Below, in pieces: positions 1 to 13,134 of a DNA stretch of 64,000 bases. The position numbers and the translations under genes were made by a program. Source of the stretch: Callorhinchus milii (Eukaryota); NCBI RefSeq assembly GCF_018977255.1, contig NW_024704742.1, positions 68,202,001 to 68,266,000 of the forward strand. The letters are read 5' to 3'. Below the pieces are notes generated by a model. That model had not been told where the DNA came from, did not search any database, and worked only from the letters and a program-made list of their open reading frames with translations. Each line of letters begins with the position of its first letter. The first letter of the stretch is position 1.

Positions 1-498
1 CAGCTTAGGCTATGTGATTCCAAGTCTCAATGTGGGGTTTGATTCCATATTTAATTTATACAGCACCTTTCACATCGGTAGGATGCCTCAGAATGTTTCC
101 CACACCTGACTGGGCACCCAAACCTGGGGGGATGGCAGCAGGTGAAGCTGAGTAAGGTCGGAATTGGGGAAAACATGAACAAAAACACGGTCGAAAAGAC
201 AGGTCTTGAATCTATAATCTTAAATATATAGGTCTTAGATACACTGTCAAACCTTTGCAGGTCATTCTCAGTCAGCGCAGGTCTTTCAGAGAGTGACAGG
301 CAAGTGTCTGGATCATCTTCTGTGATGTGAGCCTGGCAGAAGATCAATATGCAGACAGCGTACACCAAACACCGAAGCCAAAGAGCTTCCAGTGCCTTGG
401 TGAAATCAAATGCAATGAAACCAGAGCTGTCAATATTTTGCGCTTGCAGACGGATTTCAAAGTCACTGTTTGCCCCCATCTTGAATGGGGTTAAAGCT

Positions 499-690
499 GG
501 TGTCAGCTTGGCTCAGGTGGTAGCTCTCACTCCACTGGACCAGAAGATTGTAGGTTTGAGCCCCGCAGTGGGACTTGAGCTCCAAGTCTGGGCTGACACT
601 CCTGTGCGGGCCTGGGGGAGCATTGCTTTGTCAGAGGTGCTGTTCCGATTTGGGTTGAGATGTTAACCTTTTTAGGTGAAGGTTACGTTC
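499..690 (+). mobile_element. DeuSINE 5' part
   Basis: ggtgtcagcttggctcaggtggtagc...gctgacactcc...ggggagcattgc. Confidence 0.7.
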
Positions 691-1029
691 AAAAATAGAC
701 CTGCTTTGAGGTGCTCTACCTATGTAGCACTATGTAAATTATTGGTTAGTTATGGGTTGGGTGCCAGATTTCTTTAACAATATGCTACAAATTTACATTT
801 ATACCACACCTTTTGTGTGAGGAAGACATCCCAGGGCACTTAACAGTTCTGTCTTGACACTTGAACTGTGTTGGGAGCCGAGGGGTTTGCAGAAGGGAAA
901 GATGGCTGAAAATCCAGTAAAAGAGATAGATCCTGAGATGAAACTTCAAAGAGGTGTGATGGGGGATGGGGGTGGGACTCCATGTCGGAGTTCCAGAGAG
1001 TGGAGGCAGATAGGTTTCAAACCTGACTC

Positions 1030-1390
1030 ATCCTGCTTACTTAATTCCGTAAAATATTAGGCATAGGTTGGCTAGAACCAAGGCTTGGGGATTCCAGAGT
1101 GTACATTGGAGTACTGCTGGAGTCCAAGCAGCTAAAACCGCATAGCCTACCTTTGAGAGCAGTGATCTGGAACGCTACCTCCTCATGAGGGGAGCTACAT
1201 AAATACAAGTTGTTGTTGGCAAACCTTACCACTGCTTGTCCAGCTAGGACCACCCTAACTGTTAGGTTGTGTGTTGCAAGGGTTAACAGGAGCTGAGTGG
1301 GATGACTCCCTGCCCCCAGTGACTGCTCAGCCCTTCGAAGTCCAGCCGATGAGCCAGGCAGGCTGTGCTGTCATCGGCAGTGCCCTGGGG
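1030..1390 (-). mobile_element. Same ~600 bp family, central part, interrupted by a short L2 tail (~1150-1218)
   Basis: ggttaacaggagctgagtgggatgactc...gccgatgagccagg...tcatcggcagtgc. Confidence 0.78.
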
Positions 1391-1631
1391 TATAACATAA
1401 ATCCAGAGGCTGTAAATCCTCTAAAAATGTATCTCTTTTGGGAAGCAGATGGCATTGGGATACTCAGCAGTTATTAATCAGTGATCTCTGAATTCTCTGT
1501 GGCAATTCACAGTTGTGGATTTTTTGGGGAAATGCATGTAAATGAATTTCAGCAGAATTGTTTCCAACTACTACACAATATGATGATGTGACTGCTCTCA
1601 AAACAGTACAGAATCAATTCTGTGGATTTGT

Positions 1632-2060
1632 GGTGTCAGCCTGGCTCAGTTGGTAGCACACTCACCTCTGGGTCAGAAGGTTGTGTGTTCAAGCACCAAG
1701 TTGGGACTTAGATCTCACATAATCCAAGCTGACACTCCTGTGCAGTGCTGGGGGGAGCGCAGCAAAGGTCCCATCCTTCATATAAGATGTTAAACTGAGG
1801 TCCCATCTGCCTGTTCAGTTGAACGTTAAAGATCCCTCAGCGCTATTGCAAAACAGAAGGAAGTTTCTCATGGTGTCCTGGCCAACAATCCTTAAGATAA
1901 ATTGGTCATTCGCTTTATGGCTGTTTAGGGGTCCCTGCTATGCACAAAACGGCTGTTATGTTTGCCAACAAACACAGTCATTACACAACAATAACTTGTG
2001 AAATGCTTTGAGATGTTTTGATGTTGTTGTAGGCACCAATTGCAATGATTATTATTATTA
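1632..2060 (+). mobile_element. DeuSINE (SacSINE1-like), near full length
   Basis: tRNA-like head tggctcagttgg...gttcaag, Deu domain gatgttaaactgaggtcccatctgcctgttcag...aaagatccc, L2-type tail and (TTA)n. Confidence 0.8.
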
Positions 2061-2139
2061 GAAATGATATTTCTTAACAGATTCAGTGATCACATCTCCT
2101 GGTATCCTCTGTGTTACAGTGAACAGCATTTCACTGATG

Positions 2140-2385
2140 CTTTTTTGGGGTCAGCCGGGAGTCTGACACATCATCATGTTTAAGTGTCCAAACCAAACTG
2201 AGAATTCCAGGCATCCCACCTACACATGGAAATTCCAGAGAAAGATTGTTGGAATGGAATGTGCTCTCTCCCTGGAGGGACACATCTCGCTTACCTAATT
2301 CGGGAAAGTATTCGGCACAAGTTGGCAAGAGCCGAGGCTTGGAGACCCCAAAGTGTGCTTTAGGGTAACTGCTGGAGTCATAGCT
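2140..2385 (-). mobile_element. Same ~600 bp family, 3' part
   Basis: cccacctacacatggaaattccagag...gggtaactgctggagtc, matching 50384-50549. Confidence 0.78.
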
Positions 2386-5300
2386 TTGTGTAGAGTGATG
2401 TTAACCTCCACACCTCTCTGATCCCAACCCACAGCTCGGGTGCAAACCCCTCATTGTCCAGCGCCTTGGGATGTCCTCCTGATGTGAAAGGCGCGATATA
2501 AATGCAAGTTGTTGTTGTTGTTTCCTGTAGAATGTAGCATAACAAAAGAAACACAGTATGCAGCAGGTGAAGCACAGATCTGCGCTGTTCATGAGTATTT
2601 CACCCCAGTAGCAAAGAAATAATATTATAATAATCTTTACACAGAGGGTGGCGAGAATGTGGAACTCACTGCCAGAATCTGTCATCTATGAAACACAGAA
2701 GCATAGTTGAGCTGCTGTGTTATATAAAGAACAATGAGCCCTAATGGAGGGAATCAGCTCGGGAGAGATAGCAATGCCAACAGTTTTCATTCACATCAGT
2801 TGATAGAGCGCAGTCATTAAGTCATGTGTTAATTCACCTCCCTTTGTCCTGTCAGCTCCAGTAATTCTTCAAACCTAGTTGCATCAATGATCACATTGCC
2901 GCTTGCTGTTTAAAGCAAATAATTTCGGATATATTAGGAACTCTTAAGGGATGTTTAGCCCTGGTAGAGACAGAAACAGCCTGGCCTCAATTCACCCCTT
3001 TTACCCCAGCAGCAAAAAATAATATTATAATCATCTTTAGACAGAGGGTAGAGAGAATGAGGAACGGAACTCACTGTGGTTGCAGCAAGAAGTATTTAAA
3101 AGGAAGCTTATAATAATAATCTTTGCATTTGATACAGCACCTATCACATCTTTGAGACGTCTCAAAGCGTTTCACAGAATATATTGTAAAGTGGAGTGAC
3201 TGTGTATTTTGTTGGCGAAACTCAGCTGCCAGATTTTAATCTACTTTCCAATATTTCCTGTGAAGCTTTTTGAGACGTCTCAACGATGTCCTATATCAAA
3301 TACAAGGATTATTATTATTAATACAAAATACACAGTCACTACACTCAACAGCAATTACCTGTGAATAAATGATTATTCCAAATGTTTTGATGTTATAAGT
3401 GCTGCATCAAATGCAAGGATGATTGTTACGAATTTTGAGTTATTATTTGTGTCCCTCAACATTTTAATGACTTGATTCATGTTTTCCCCCCCTTGACCTG
3501 CTCAGTTTAGCAAGCTTCTCCTTGTAATGCATTGCTGTTTGCTCCACTGCCTGCATTAAGCTGGGCTCAGTTTGTGTGTCAGTTCACTGCCAGAATCAAT
3601 AAGTCTTCCTTGCCAATTATCTCAATGGTATTCTTACCACTCACTGTTTAATTTTCTTGCTTGCAAACACACAAATGGATAACTTGGGGGTTTGCAACTC
3701 AAGAGAAATATTTTTTTTTCTGGGCTGGATTCCAACATTGTGCAGTGTGTTCCCTGCGCAAGGCAAAGGCTTCATATTTGTGGACCGCAGAGTCTGATCT
3801 CCTTCCTGGCATTAACTGCCCATCTTAAAACTATTTTCTCATTGGCAGGTGCACCATTCATATTGTCCTCTTCAGTTTGTTGCCAGTAGAGGGATAGGAT
3901 ACAAACACTTGAGGCAGGTAAATGATTATTCCTGACCCTTTGTTCCACTCCCTTCTATTTGGTGTATCTAAGACCATGTGAAGTACTGAGCGAGGTGGTG
4001 GGGTGGTGGTGGGGGGGGGACAGAGGGTGGATGGGGGGGATGGGGGACGATGATGGGGGGACAGACGGTTCATCAAGCTCATTCCTTCCATTGATCAAGA
4101 AACCTACCCTATCACAGACGCACTGTCCAAGCAACTTATCTTAATAATATTCCTTGTATTTGATATAGCGCCTTATCACATTGTTGAGACGTCTCAAAGA
4201 GCTTCACAGATTATATTGTAAAGTGAACTGACTGTATATTTTGTGGACGAAATGGGCAGCCAATTGCACACAGCAGTGTCCCATAACAGCCACAAACCGA
4301 ATGACCAATTTTATTTGGGGGACTGTTGGCCAAGACATCGGGCAAGAGAAAATCTCTTTTCAAAAAGTGCCATGGGATACATTAAACAGGCACACGGCTC
4401 CTGGATTTATAAAAATAATTAATCCTTGTGTTTAATATTATAAAACCTTTCACGGAGGGAAGACATCTCAAAGAGCCTCACAGGATTTGCTGTCAACGGT
4501 GAATTGTTTTAATGGGTTAATCCAAAGCGACAGCACATCCAACAATGCAGAGCTCCTCCAGTATTAGAGGAGTCCCGTAGCGTAGTGGTTAGCGCGCTCA
4601 CCTCTCAAGCAAGTGGACCTGGGTTCGATTCCCAGATGGGATGAAACCTTAGGCAAGTTTCCTGTGCATTTTGTGGCCGAAACACAGCAGCCAATTGCAT
4701 ACAGCAATGTCCACAGATGAGTGGCCAAATTATTAGTAGTGTTTTTTTTGAAGGGATTGTTACCTCCAGAAAGCGATCCACCAATCGACTCACAACTGGG
4801 TTCCTACTTACAGCTGGTACAGAGGCATGTCGAGTAAGGAAACTTGACATATATAAGAAATGTATAAATATATAATAAATATATCATGAATAATTCTTAA
4901 ACCCAAAGGTTCACATTTAAGAGTGAATAAGATTTTTCCAAAATGCTGCACCATCTGAAATGTTAAGGCCTTGAATGGTCTTAAGGCTAAGACCCAAAAT
5001 TTATGCCTCTGGGCTCAGTAATTCAGAATATTGTGGGGGGGAGGGGCGGAGACAGCTCCATGTTCTCCCTGCACTGCACCACCACAGAGACCGCCCACCA
5101 GCACAGTCAGCACGTTAGCTTGTGAAGGGAAATCGGTCCCACTCTGAAACGTTTCAACGCAATAAATCTATTTATTGCTGTCTGTGTAGGGTTGCTTTTA
5201 CATTTCAAACCATTCCAAGTGTGTACCCAGCATGCGCGTGTATGGGTGTCGATGTGGGTTGGTGGGTGGGTGGGTGTGTTTGGGTGGGGGTGCACAGTGT

Positions 5301-5733
5301 GGGGTATGTGTGATTGCGTGGTTTTGGGCATGTGTGTTTTTGTGTCGTTTTGTGTCTGTGATGTGTTTCTATGTGGTGTGTACGTGCTTTTGTGTTGTGA
5401 ACCTGTTCGGGTGTTACTTTCAAGTGCTCTAAGACATCATCCGGCCTGAAGGGTGCTATATAAATGCAGATTGTTGTTGTACATGTGTGTATGTGGTTTT
5501 GTTGTGTGTGTGGGGAGTGGGGGGATGGTGGAGGTGAGGGGAGAAGAAAAGAAACTTGACCTTATGTTACCAGTAATCGAAAAAATTGCTTATTGTAGCA
5601 AACCATGTACAGCAATCTAGCGATGTGTGAGTGCTCCCCAGAGAGTGAGTGATGTGCATCCTTTTACGCTGTGCTCAACACTGTCCTCAACAAGCTGCTC
5701 TCAGCTCAGGAGCTTTGCAAATAGACACATTGT

Positions 5734-6075
5734 GGAATCCTGTAGGATAGTGGTGAGAGCAATCGCCTCGTAAGCTAGGGACCTGGGTTTATTTCCCGGG
5801 CAAGGCAAAACCTTAGGCAAGTTATCTAGCAGTAAGTAGGGACTCAGTTGTTAGTCGATTGGCAGATCACTTTCCGGGGGTAATAATCCTTCCACTAAAT
5901 AAAATAATAATCATTCGGTCAGTCACAACAACTGTTTGCGGGACACTGCTGTGCACAATTGGCTGCCTTGTTTCACCCACAAAATACACAGTCAATTCAC
6001 TTTACGGTATATACTGTTAAGCGCTTTGAGACATCTCAATGTAGTGCTATATCAAATTCAAGGATTATTATTACA
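5734..6075 (+). mobile_element. tRNA-derived SINE2, long subfamily
   Basis: Degenerate A/B-box head, aaaccttaggcaagtt body, aattggctgcc, L2-type tail, (TTA)n. Confidence 0.85.
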
Positions 6076-6465
6076 TTACTGTTATTGCAGAGCCGAGCGA
6101 GTGTGCCCTGTCTGAGAGATGACTGCTGTGGCAGTGACCCTCTGGGGTGGTTTGCAGAAAAGCTCACAGAGGAGAGCGAAGTTAAGTGCGGCTTGTTAAA
6201 CATTCACTGCTGCAAAGTGTTTGTTTGCAGATGAACAGAGGCAGGGAGCAAGAGGGTAAACTTAACAAGTCTAAAGCGAGTCTGGATCTTGGAAACAAAT
6301 TTCCTTCCGAGGCTCCCTTTCCTCCCCCGACTTCTTCACAATCACTGAGCATCACAGTGAAGTCCTGTGAAGCGCTTAGAAGAAGTCTTAACGACGCAAT
6401 TAAGTGCTATATCAAATCTAACAATTATTATTACTGGGATGGAACGCTGGCAAGTGCTGCATCTG

Positions 6466-7100
6466 GGGGTGTCAGCCAGGGTGGGAATCGGGGGGAGGGT
6501 GTCAGCTGGAGAGTGGGGGGGAGGGGGTCAGCTGGTGGGTGGGGGTAGGGGGTCAGCTGGTGGGTGGTGGGGAGGGTGTCAGCTGGAGGGTGGGGGGGAA
6601 GGGTGTCAGCTGGAGGGTGGGGGGAAGGGTGTCAGCTGGAGGATCAGCTGGTGGGTGGGGGGGGGAAGAGTGTCAGCTGGAGGGTGGGGGAAGGGTGTCA
6701 GCTGGAGGGTGGAGGGAAGGGTGTCAGCTGGAGGGTGGAGGGAAGGGTGTCAGCTGGAGGGTGGAGGGAAGGGTGTCAGCTGGAGGGTGGGGGAAGGGTG
6801 TCAGCTGGAGGGGGGGGGAAGGGTGTCAGCTGGAGGGTGGAGGGAAGGGTGTCAGCTGGAGGGTGGAGGGAAGGGTGTCAGCTGGAGGGTGGAGGGAAGG
6901 GTGTCAGCTGGAGGGTGGAGGGAAGGGTGTCAGCTGGAGGGTGGGGGGAAGGGTGTCAGCTGGAGGGGGGGGAAGGGTCTCAGCTGGAGGGTGGGGGGGA
7001 AGGGTCTCAGCTGGAGGGTGGAGGGAAGGGTGTCAGCTGGAGGGTGGGGGGGGGGGAGATGGGTGTTAGCTGGAGGGTGAGGGGGAAGGTTGTCAGTTGG
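6466..7100 (+). repeat. G-rich minisatellite, ~26 bp unit GGGTGTCAGCTGGAGGGTGGAGGGAA (>20 copies)
   Basis: Directly visible tandem array with variable G-run lengths. Confidence 0.95.
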
Positions 7101-8381
7101 GTCACCAGTAAAAGCAGGAAAATTTAGTTTTTTTTTGACAGATTGACAGTATTTAATATCCACAGTGACCAGTGAGGCTCGGCTCTGCACTCAGTGGATA
7201 GTTAAGTTATAAACTGCTTAGTGGCCTTTCCCAAAAAAAATTCCTGACTGTAAAAATAAAAAAATTTGAATTAACGAAATCCTGAGGATCAGTCCAGGAC
7301 AGAGTTGACCGGCCGGCGAAGCAGACATGCACACGCACGTACGATACACAGACTCACGCAGATGCACAGACACACACACATGTGCTTGACACACACACGA
7401 GCATGCACACATGCATGACATTCGTGTGCATGCACACACAGGATCTCACGTACGGTACGCACGTATGTGCATGACACACAAACACAGACTCGTGTATTCA
7501 CACGCGTCAATGCACGCACAGCCTCATCCCCACCACACACAGACATGTAATAATAAATAATCCTTGCATTTGATATAGCGCTTCACTGTAAAGTGGAGTG
7601 ATTGTTCATTTGTTGGTGGAATATACAGACAAATTCAAATACTGTTTAGCATCAGGAGCGAGTCCTGAAGTCACTGAGGCTGGTGTTCTCTGCTCTATAC
7701 AGGGCTGAACTGAGGCTGAATGTGTCTGAACACCTGCCAAGGAACGTTCTGTGCTGTATGTCGCCCACAAAATACCCACTTTACAATATATTCTGTGAAG
7801 CGCTTTGAGATGTCTCAACGACATGATAAGTCGCAAATGCAAGGATTATTATTATCGTGTGGTTTGAACGGAACAGTGAGGGTGGCACATTGTGTTTGTT
7901 GCTGCCTGCTCTCAGACATACCCGGAGGAGAGATGATTCACGGCTGGAGCAGGGGGGACATTGGGTTGGGCTGAGATGTCTGTCAGTCAGTCATCCTCAC
8001 AGTGCAGTGAGGGACAAGCTGAGAGAGCTTCTTTAGCAGAAATCGTGCCGAGCCTTGGGGTATGATAAATCCACAGAGCTGTTCCACGTGTCTGCTGGTT
8101 TATATTAGTTTCACTGAGCTGTTGAGCCAGGGTTAGGGTAGAACAGTCTGTTACAGCCCAGCAGCTGAGAATGATCACGTCATCTTCAACCAATCACCGC
8201 AGCTCCACAGACTAGGCGCTGTTTATTTTGTTGAGGCTGATCTGGTTAAAGGAGGGAAGAGAAGGGAGGGAGTGGGGGGGGGGAGACAATATAATTTAAT
8301 CTGTGTTTACAGACATCCAGCAGATGACACAAATTATGTCACTGCATTGTTGTCTCATGCAACAGATGATAATATACTGTA

Positions 8382-8690
8382 TAATAACAATCCTTGCCTT
8401 TGATATAGCGCCTTAAGTCATTGAGATGTCTCAAAGCGCTTCACTGAATACACTGTAAAGTGAATTGACTGTATTTTGTGAGTGAAACGCAACAGCCAAT
8501 TATGCACAGCAGTGTCCCACAAACAGTCGTGGATTGACTCACCAAATTAGTATTTATTTATTTATTTGAAGGAATTATTACCTCCGGAAAAGTGATCTGG
8601 CAATTGACTAACAACTGGGTTCCTACTTACTGATGGGTAAACAGAGACATGTGGAGTAAGGAAATTTGCCTCAAGTTTAACCCTGGGTCC
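8382..8690 (-). mobile_element. tRNA-derived SINE2, long subfamily
   Basis: Same family on the minus strand; head degraded. Confidence 0.82.
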
Positions 8691-8744
8691 TCTGACAGAT
8701 GATGTCCTTGTAGAACCAATTTCTCATATCACTTCCAAAAGACA

Positions 8745-9050
8745 TGTGTGCTCATATACACGCTTGCTCACTCACTCACTCTCTCTCACACACACACACA
8801 CACACATACAGACATCCTCTCCACCAATGTACATTCACTCACATGCAATCCTGCTCATGCGCGCACACACAAGTATACACATTCACATAAGCACACGCAC
8901 ACATTGAGACCACTCATACATACGTACGTACGTACATACATACATACATACATACATGCATGTATATGCATATACATATATGCAAACATATAATCAATCA
9001 CTGATTCACACAGTACATACTTCCTCACTCCCTCTCACACACACACACAG
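8745..9050 (+). repeat. (CA)n/(TACA)n low-complexity tract
   Basis: Directly visible; similar tracts at ~5220-5400 and ~7325-7545. Confidence 0.9.
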
Positions 9051-10404
9051 GTTTTCCAGTCTGCTGTGTTTTTATACGGACCATTCCACTTTAAGTTACT
9101 TTGACATCAAACGCACTTTGAACTCACGCAGACAAGTTAATATCCTTTCTGGAATGTGACAGAGGCTAGCAGATTACTCGGAGCTAAACATTGGAATCAG
9201 AAAACAGGATTATAAATTCAAAGTTAGAAAGCCACAAGCCGAGATGGACTTGGAGGCTGGTCTTCACCCACTGAGCCGAGCAGCAGGAGAGACTGCGACT
9301 CACCCAGTCTCACCCAGTGAGGGGCAGACATGCTTAGCCTGACCCTTAATCCTGCTCTGCTCTGCCTTCAGCATTGAATAGGAAATAAAACTGTAAAGTA
9401 ACCTTTAAGCTGATAAGACTTTGCAATGTATGTGACCGGGGGATGGCATAGAAGAAAAAGTGTCAGTTGTTTCACACTTTTATATAAGTAGTGGGGGGAG
9501 TAAGACAAAGTCTTTGACCTAAGATGAAGTCTTTGAATGCGTTACAATGTCGGTGTTGGAACGCTGAGCCAGAATGGGGTGGGGAGGGGGACTATCATCG
9601 AAATAATAATCCTTACAATAATTCTAGCATTTGGTATAGTGTTTTTCACGCCAGGTGGACATCTCAAACCCCTTCATAGTGTGATGAACCTTTACTTTTA
9701 TTTCTAATTAATGATGAAATAATGTGCACCCAATTTAGATGTTAAACAATTGTTTCCTTTATTATAGTTCCACAGTCAACAATTATACAAAGAGCAATAA
9801 CTCACTATCATGAGACACGATAATGGGAGCAACCAGGTTATCAGAGAATTAAGTATTGATCATGTGTCTATCTCTGGGAGAGCAGCTGGAAATTGTTCAG
9901 ATCTTCATCTCACTGACTGGCTGAAACACCCTCAGTTATACCCTAAATCTGAATTACATTTGTGTATGTGTTAGCACTGTCCTCACCACAGAATGCTCCT
10001 GACCTTCAGACAATAAGTGGGCGTAATCCACATTTCTCTGCCTTGTACAATAACAAGATAACAAGTGATACAAAACCACCACATGTACTTTTAGTATCTT
10101 ATTTTCACCCACTTTCACACGGTTGGCATTAATGCCCCATGGTTGGGGGAGGGGGGTAGATAGAGGGAGTGAGTTCCAGAGAATAGGAGTTTACTGAATG
10201 AAGACTTGGCTTTGCCTGTATAGATACAGGAGGATGTTTCCCTTGCTTCCTCCATTGAAGCTACCTAGCCAAATCCCATTCCTCTGATTATTCCTTCATC
10301 ATAGTCTTTGCATTTGGTACAGCAACTTATCATGTCGTTGAGATGTGACAAAGCGCTTAATAGGATTTTTGTATTGTGAAATGTAGTGCCTGCCTGTATT
10401 TTAG

Positions 10405-10602
10405 GCAAACAGGCTCTCTGAGGAGACAGTGGAAGCAGAAAGTGTTGAATCTTTCAAAAGCAAATTAGATAGATTTCTTTCAGGAAATAATATCTTGGGA
10501 TGCAGTATACAGTTTGGGACAAGACATTGCACATATGAATGCCAGGATGGTGGAAGGCAAACTGGATGCACCTTCTTTCGTCCAGCAATTCTTATGTTCT
10601 TA
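10405..10602 (+). mobile_element. CR1 3' end
   Basis: VEAESVESFKSKLDRFL motif followed by a 3' UTR ending ttcttatgttctta. Confidence 0.8.
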
Positions 10603-11257
10603 TATCTGGCACGTCCCAAAGACCTTCCCTTCGCATGTGAGGAGGAGAATGGAGGGGGAGAGGAAAGGGAATCACATTGGCTTAAATGTTCCCGAATATT
10701 GTGGCTGAGTTTTTCTCAAAAAAACAGAAGGGGAAAAAATAGCAACAAAAATGTCAAGATGAATAAATAAAAGGAGAATAAGACAATTGAATAGGAAATA
10801 GCTGTAGCAATATCAGCACAGAGAGAGTGAGAGAGAAACTAGGGATGGCTGTTGCTAATAAATGACTTTCTTAAAGGACAATACAGTAATTACGAGACTC
10901 TGCTAAATGTCAGCAGCATATCTAAGTAGGTCTCGGTAAATCCCTGCCCTTTTACTATAATGTCATTCACTCTCCTCTGTGACAAGTGCAATTTGGGGTC
11001 AGTTAGTAGCATTCTCACCTCCGAGTCCTGTGGGTTGTGGGTTCAAACCCCACGTCGGGACTTGGAACTAATATCGTGTAGGCTGACGTTCGTGGCTTGT
11101 GGAAGCTGGCAGTTGAGGGAAGGAGCTCAGGGCTGTGTGGTTGGGATGTGGGGTGAGTGTCCCAGACTTTCTCTCATTGTCCCAGGGCTGACAATCCTCC
11201 AGATCAATTGTTCGTTCTCCCTTTGTGGACCTTGCTGCATGTATGATGGCTGTTGCT

Positions 11258-11693
11258 AAACTCTGCAACCCTATCACACTTGTCCTCATCAGGCTCCACT
11301 GGTTCCCTATCACAGAACTGATCAACTTCAAGATCCTCACACACGTCTACAAATCCCTTCATGCCCTGGCATCGTCCTATCTCTCTGACCTGCTTATTCC
11401 CCACGCCACCAGCCGGTGCCTCTGCTCGGCTGGTTCTGGACTCCTGCTCATCCCTGGTACCCCTTCGTTCCACCATCGGCGGTCGTGCTTTCAGCCACTA
11501 CACCCCGAGACTCTGGAACCCTTTCCCTCTATCGCCCTGCCTTGCTCCCTCCTTCCCCATCTTCATATCACACCATATGACCTTCCTCTTCATGACTGTG
11601 CTCACGTCCCCCCGGCTTGGGGTTAAGCTCCACTCTGAGACGCTACCCTGCATGAAGGGTGTTATATAAATGCAAATTATATTGTTGTTGTTG
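11258..11693 (+). mobile_element. L2 LINE 3' fragment
   Basis: LHWFPI...FKILTHVYKSLH...AFSHYTPRLWN ORF2 C-terminal motifs plus (TTG)n tail. Confidence 0.85.
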
Positions 11694-12224
11694 ATGGCTG
11701 CTGTGTGATAATACCTGCTGCATCTACGACTACAACACTTGACAGAGATTCCCCATGAATCACATTGAGATGTTGCAATGTCACAGCCATTACATTTAAT
11801 TTCAAGGATTAAGGATCCTCATCAAATGGGCTGAAGACCTTGCTGACCCCGAACCCCCCAGGCATCTTGTGAGTGGGTTCACTGTGCCCAGTCCTCTCAT
11901 CAATGTGCTAATGTAATTAATGCAACACAATGGTTTTCCTGAAGCTGTGTCGTTCCAAATGGGGATTCACAGATGCTTTTTCTTTTGCTTGACGGAGAGG
12001 TGGGGGGTGGGTGTATCCCCAGATTTGAGGAGTTCCGTTGGCAGGAGGGCAATCTGTGATGGCAGAGAGAGGGAACGGTTGCTATCTCAATGAAGCAAAC
12101 GAGACTGATGTACGTCAAAGCCACGAGCTGCGTTGCACAAACTAAGGTGACAGAACGTCAGTCCCAATTAGTGGAGCTTGAGGTTCTGCCAAGAGCTGAG
12201 GGACAATAATGGTCCCTGTGGTTT

Positions 12225-12587
12225 ATAATAATAATAATCCTTGCATATCATATAGCTCCTTATCCACATCATCATGATGCCTCGAAGCACGGCACAGAAT
12301 ATATCCTAAAATGAATTGACTACATTTTGGAGGCGAAATTCAGCAGCCAATTGTGCACAGCAGCGTCCCACAAACAGTTGTGGATTGAGAGACCAATTTT
12401 TTTGAGTCGATTATTACCCTCAGACAGCGATCTGCCAATCTACTAAAAACTGGGTTCCTACTTACTGCTGGGTAACCAGAGGCATGTAGAGCAAGTGTGG
12501 TGCCTAAGGTTTTTTACCCTGCCTGGGAATCGAACCAGGGTCCTCTTGCTTGCGAGCCGAGCGTGCTAACCACCACTCTACAGGATT
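12225..12587 (-). mobile_element. tRNA-derived SINE2, long subfamily, full length
   Basis: Head with B box ggttcgattcc through to (TTA)n tail. Confidence 0.85.
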
Positions 12588-13134
12588 AGAGCTTTAAAGA
12601 GCTCTGAGACATTACCCTCCGTGAAGGGCACTCTATATGTGCAAGTTGTTGTTGTGTCTTAAAAGCCTCTCTACCGTTCTATCAGAAGGCGGGAACTGGG
12701 CACCTCCTCTCTTTGCCCAAGATTTCAGTCGGGGAGAGAATGTAGAGATTTTAGGCTCATGATTGTGGTCTTCATTTTAAGTAACTTTATTGCACCTGAT
12801 GCTCTCCGGAATTACGTAACCAGGATCCGTCCCTGCGGGGGAGAGAATGAGCCTTCCATTGCAGAGGCAGGGAGTATTCAATGTGTAGGTGGCTTACATT
12901 TGTAGAACTCTCTGGTTTGGATACTCTTAAGCACGGCGATGGTTTCTGCATGTGTCAGACATGCAGCTGACCAGAAAAAAATCACTTTCAAAGGAAATTT
13001 AGGGAATCATGGGATAAAGTTTGCAGGTTACGTAGCAGACTCTGGTGTAAACCTTCATCCCCCAGATGGCAGTACACTCCTCCAGAAAAGCACTTTCTAT
13101 TCAGATTCTCAGCAGCCACTCCTTAATTTTGGAA

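Noticed and set aside
51..666. ORFs 51-479 and 349-666 and a possible small GC-AG exon near 260-300
   Set aside because: No recognisable protein similarity; the ORFs overlap repeat remnants and splice-like motifs alone are insufficient.
5075..5095. RE1/NRSE-like site
   Set aside because: About 16/21 match with mismatches in the CAGCACC and GGACAG cores.
6531..6660. GCTGGTGG Chi-like octamers
   Set aside because: Variants of the minisatellite unit; Chi has no established role in this context.
6367..7190. Long Gly/Trp-rich ORFs in several frames
   Set aside because: Artefact of a stop-free G-rich minisatellite; no splice or homology support.
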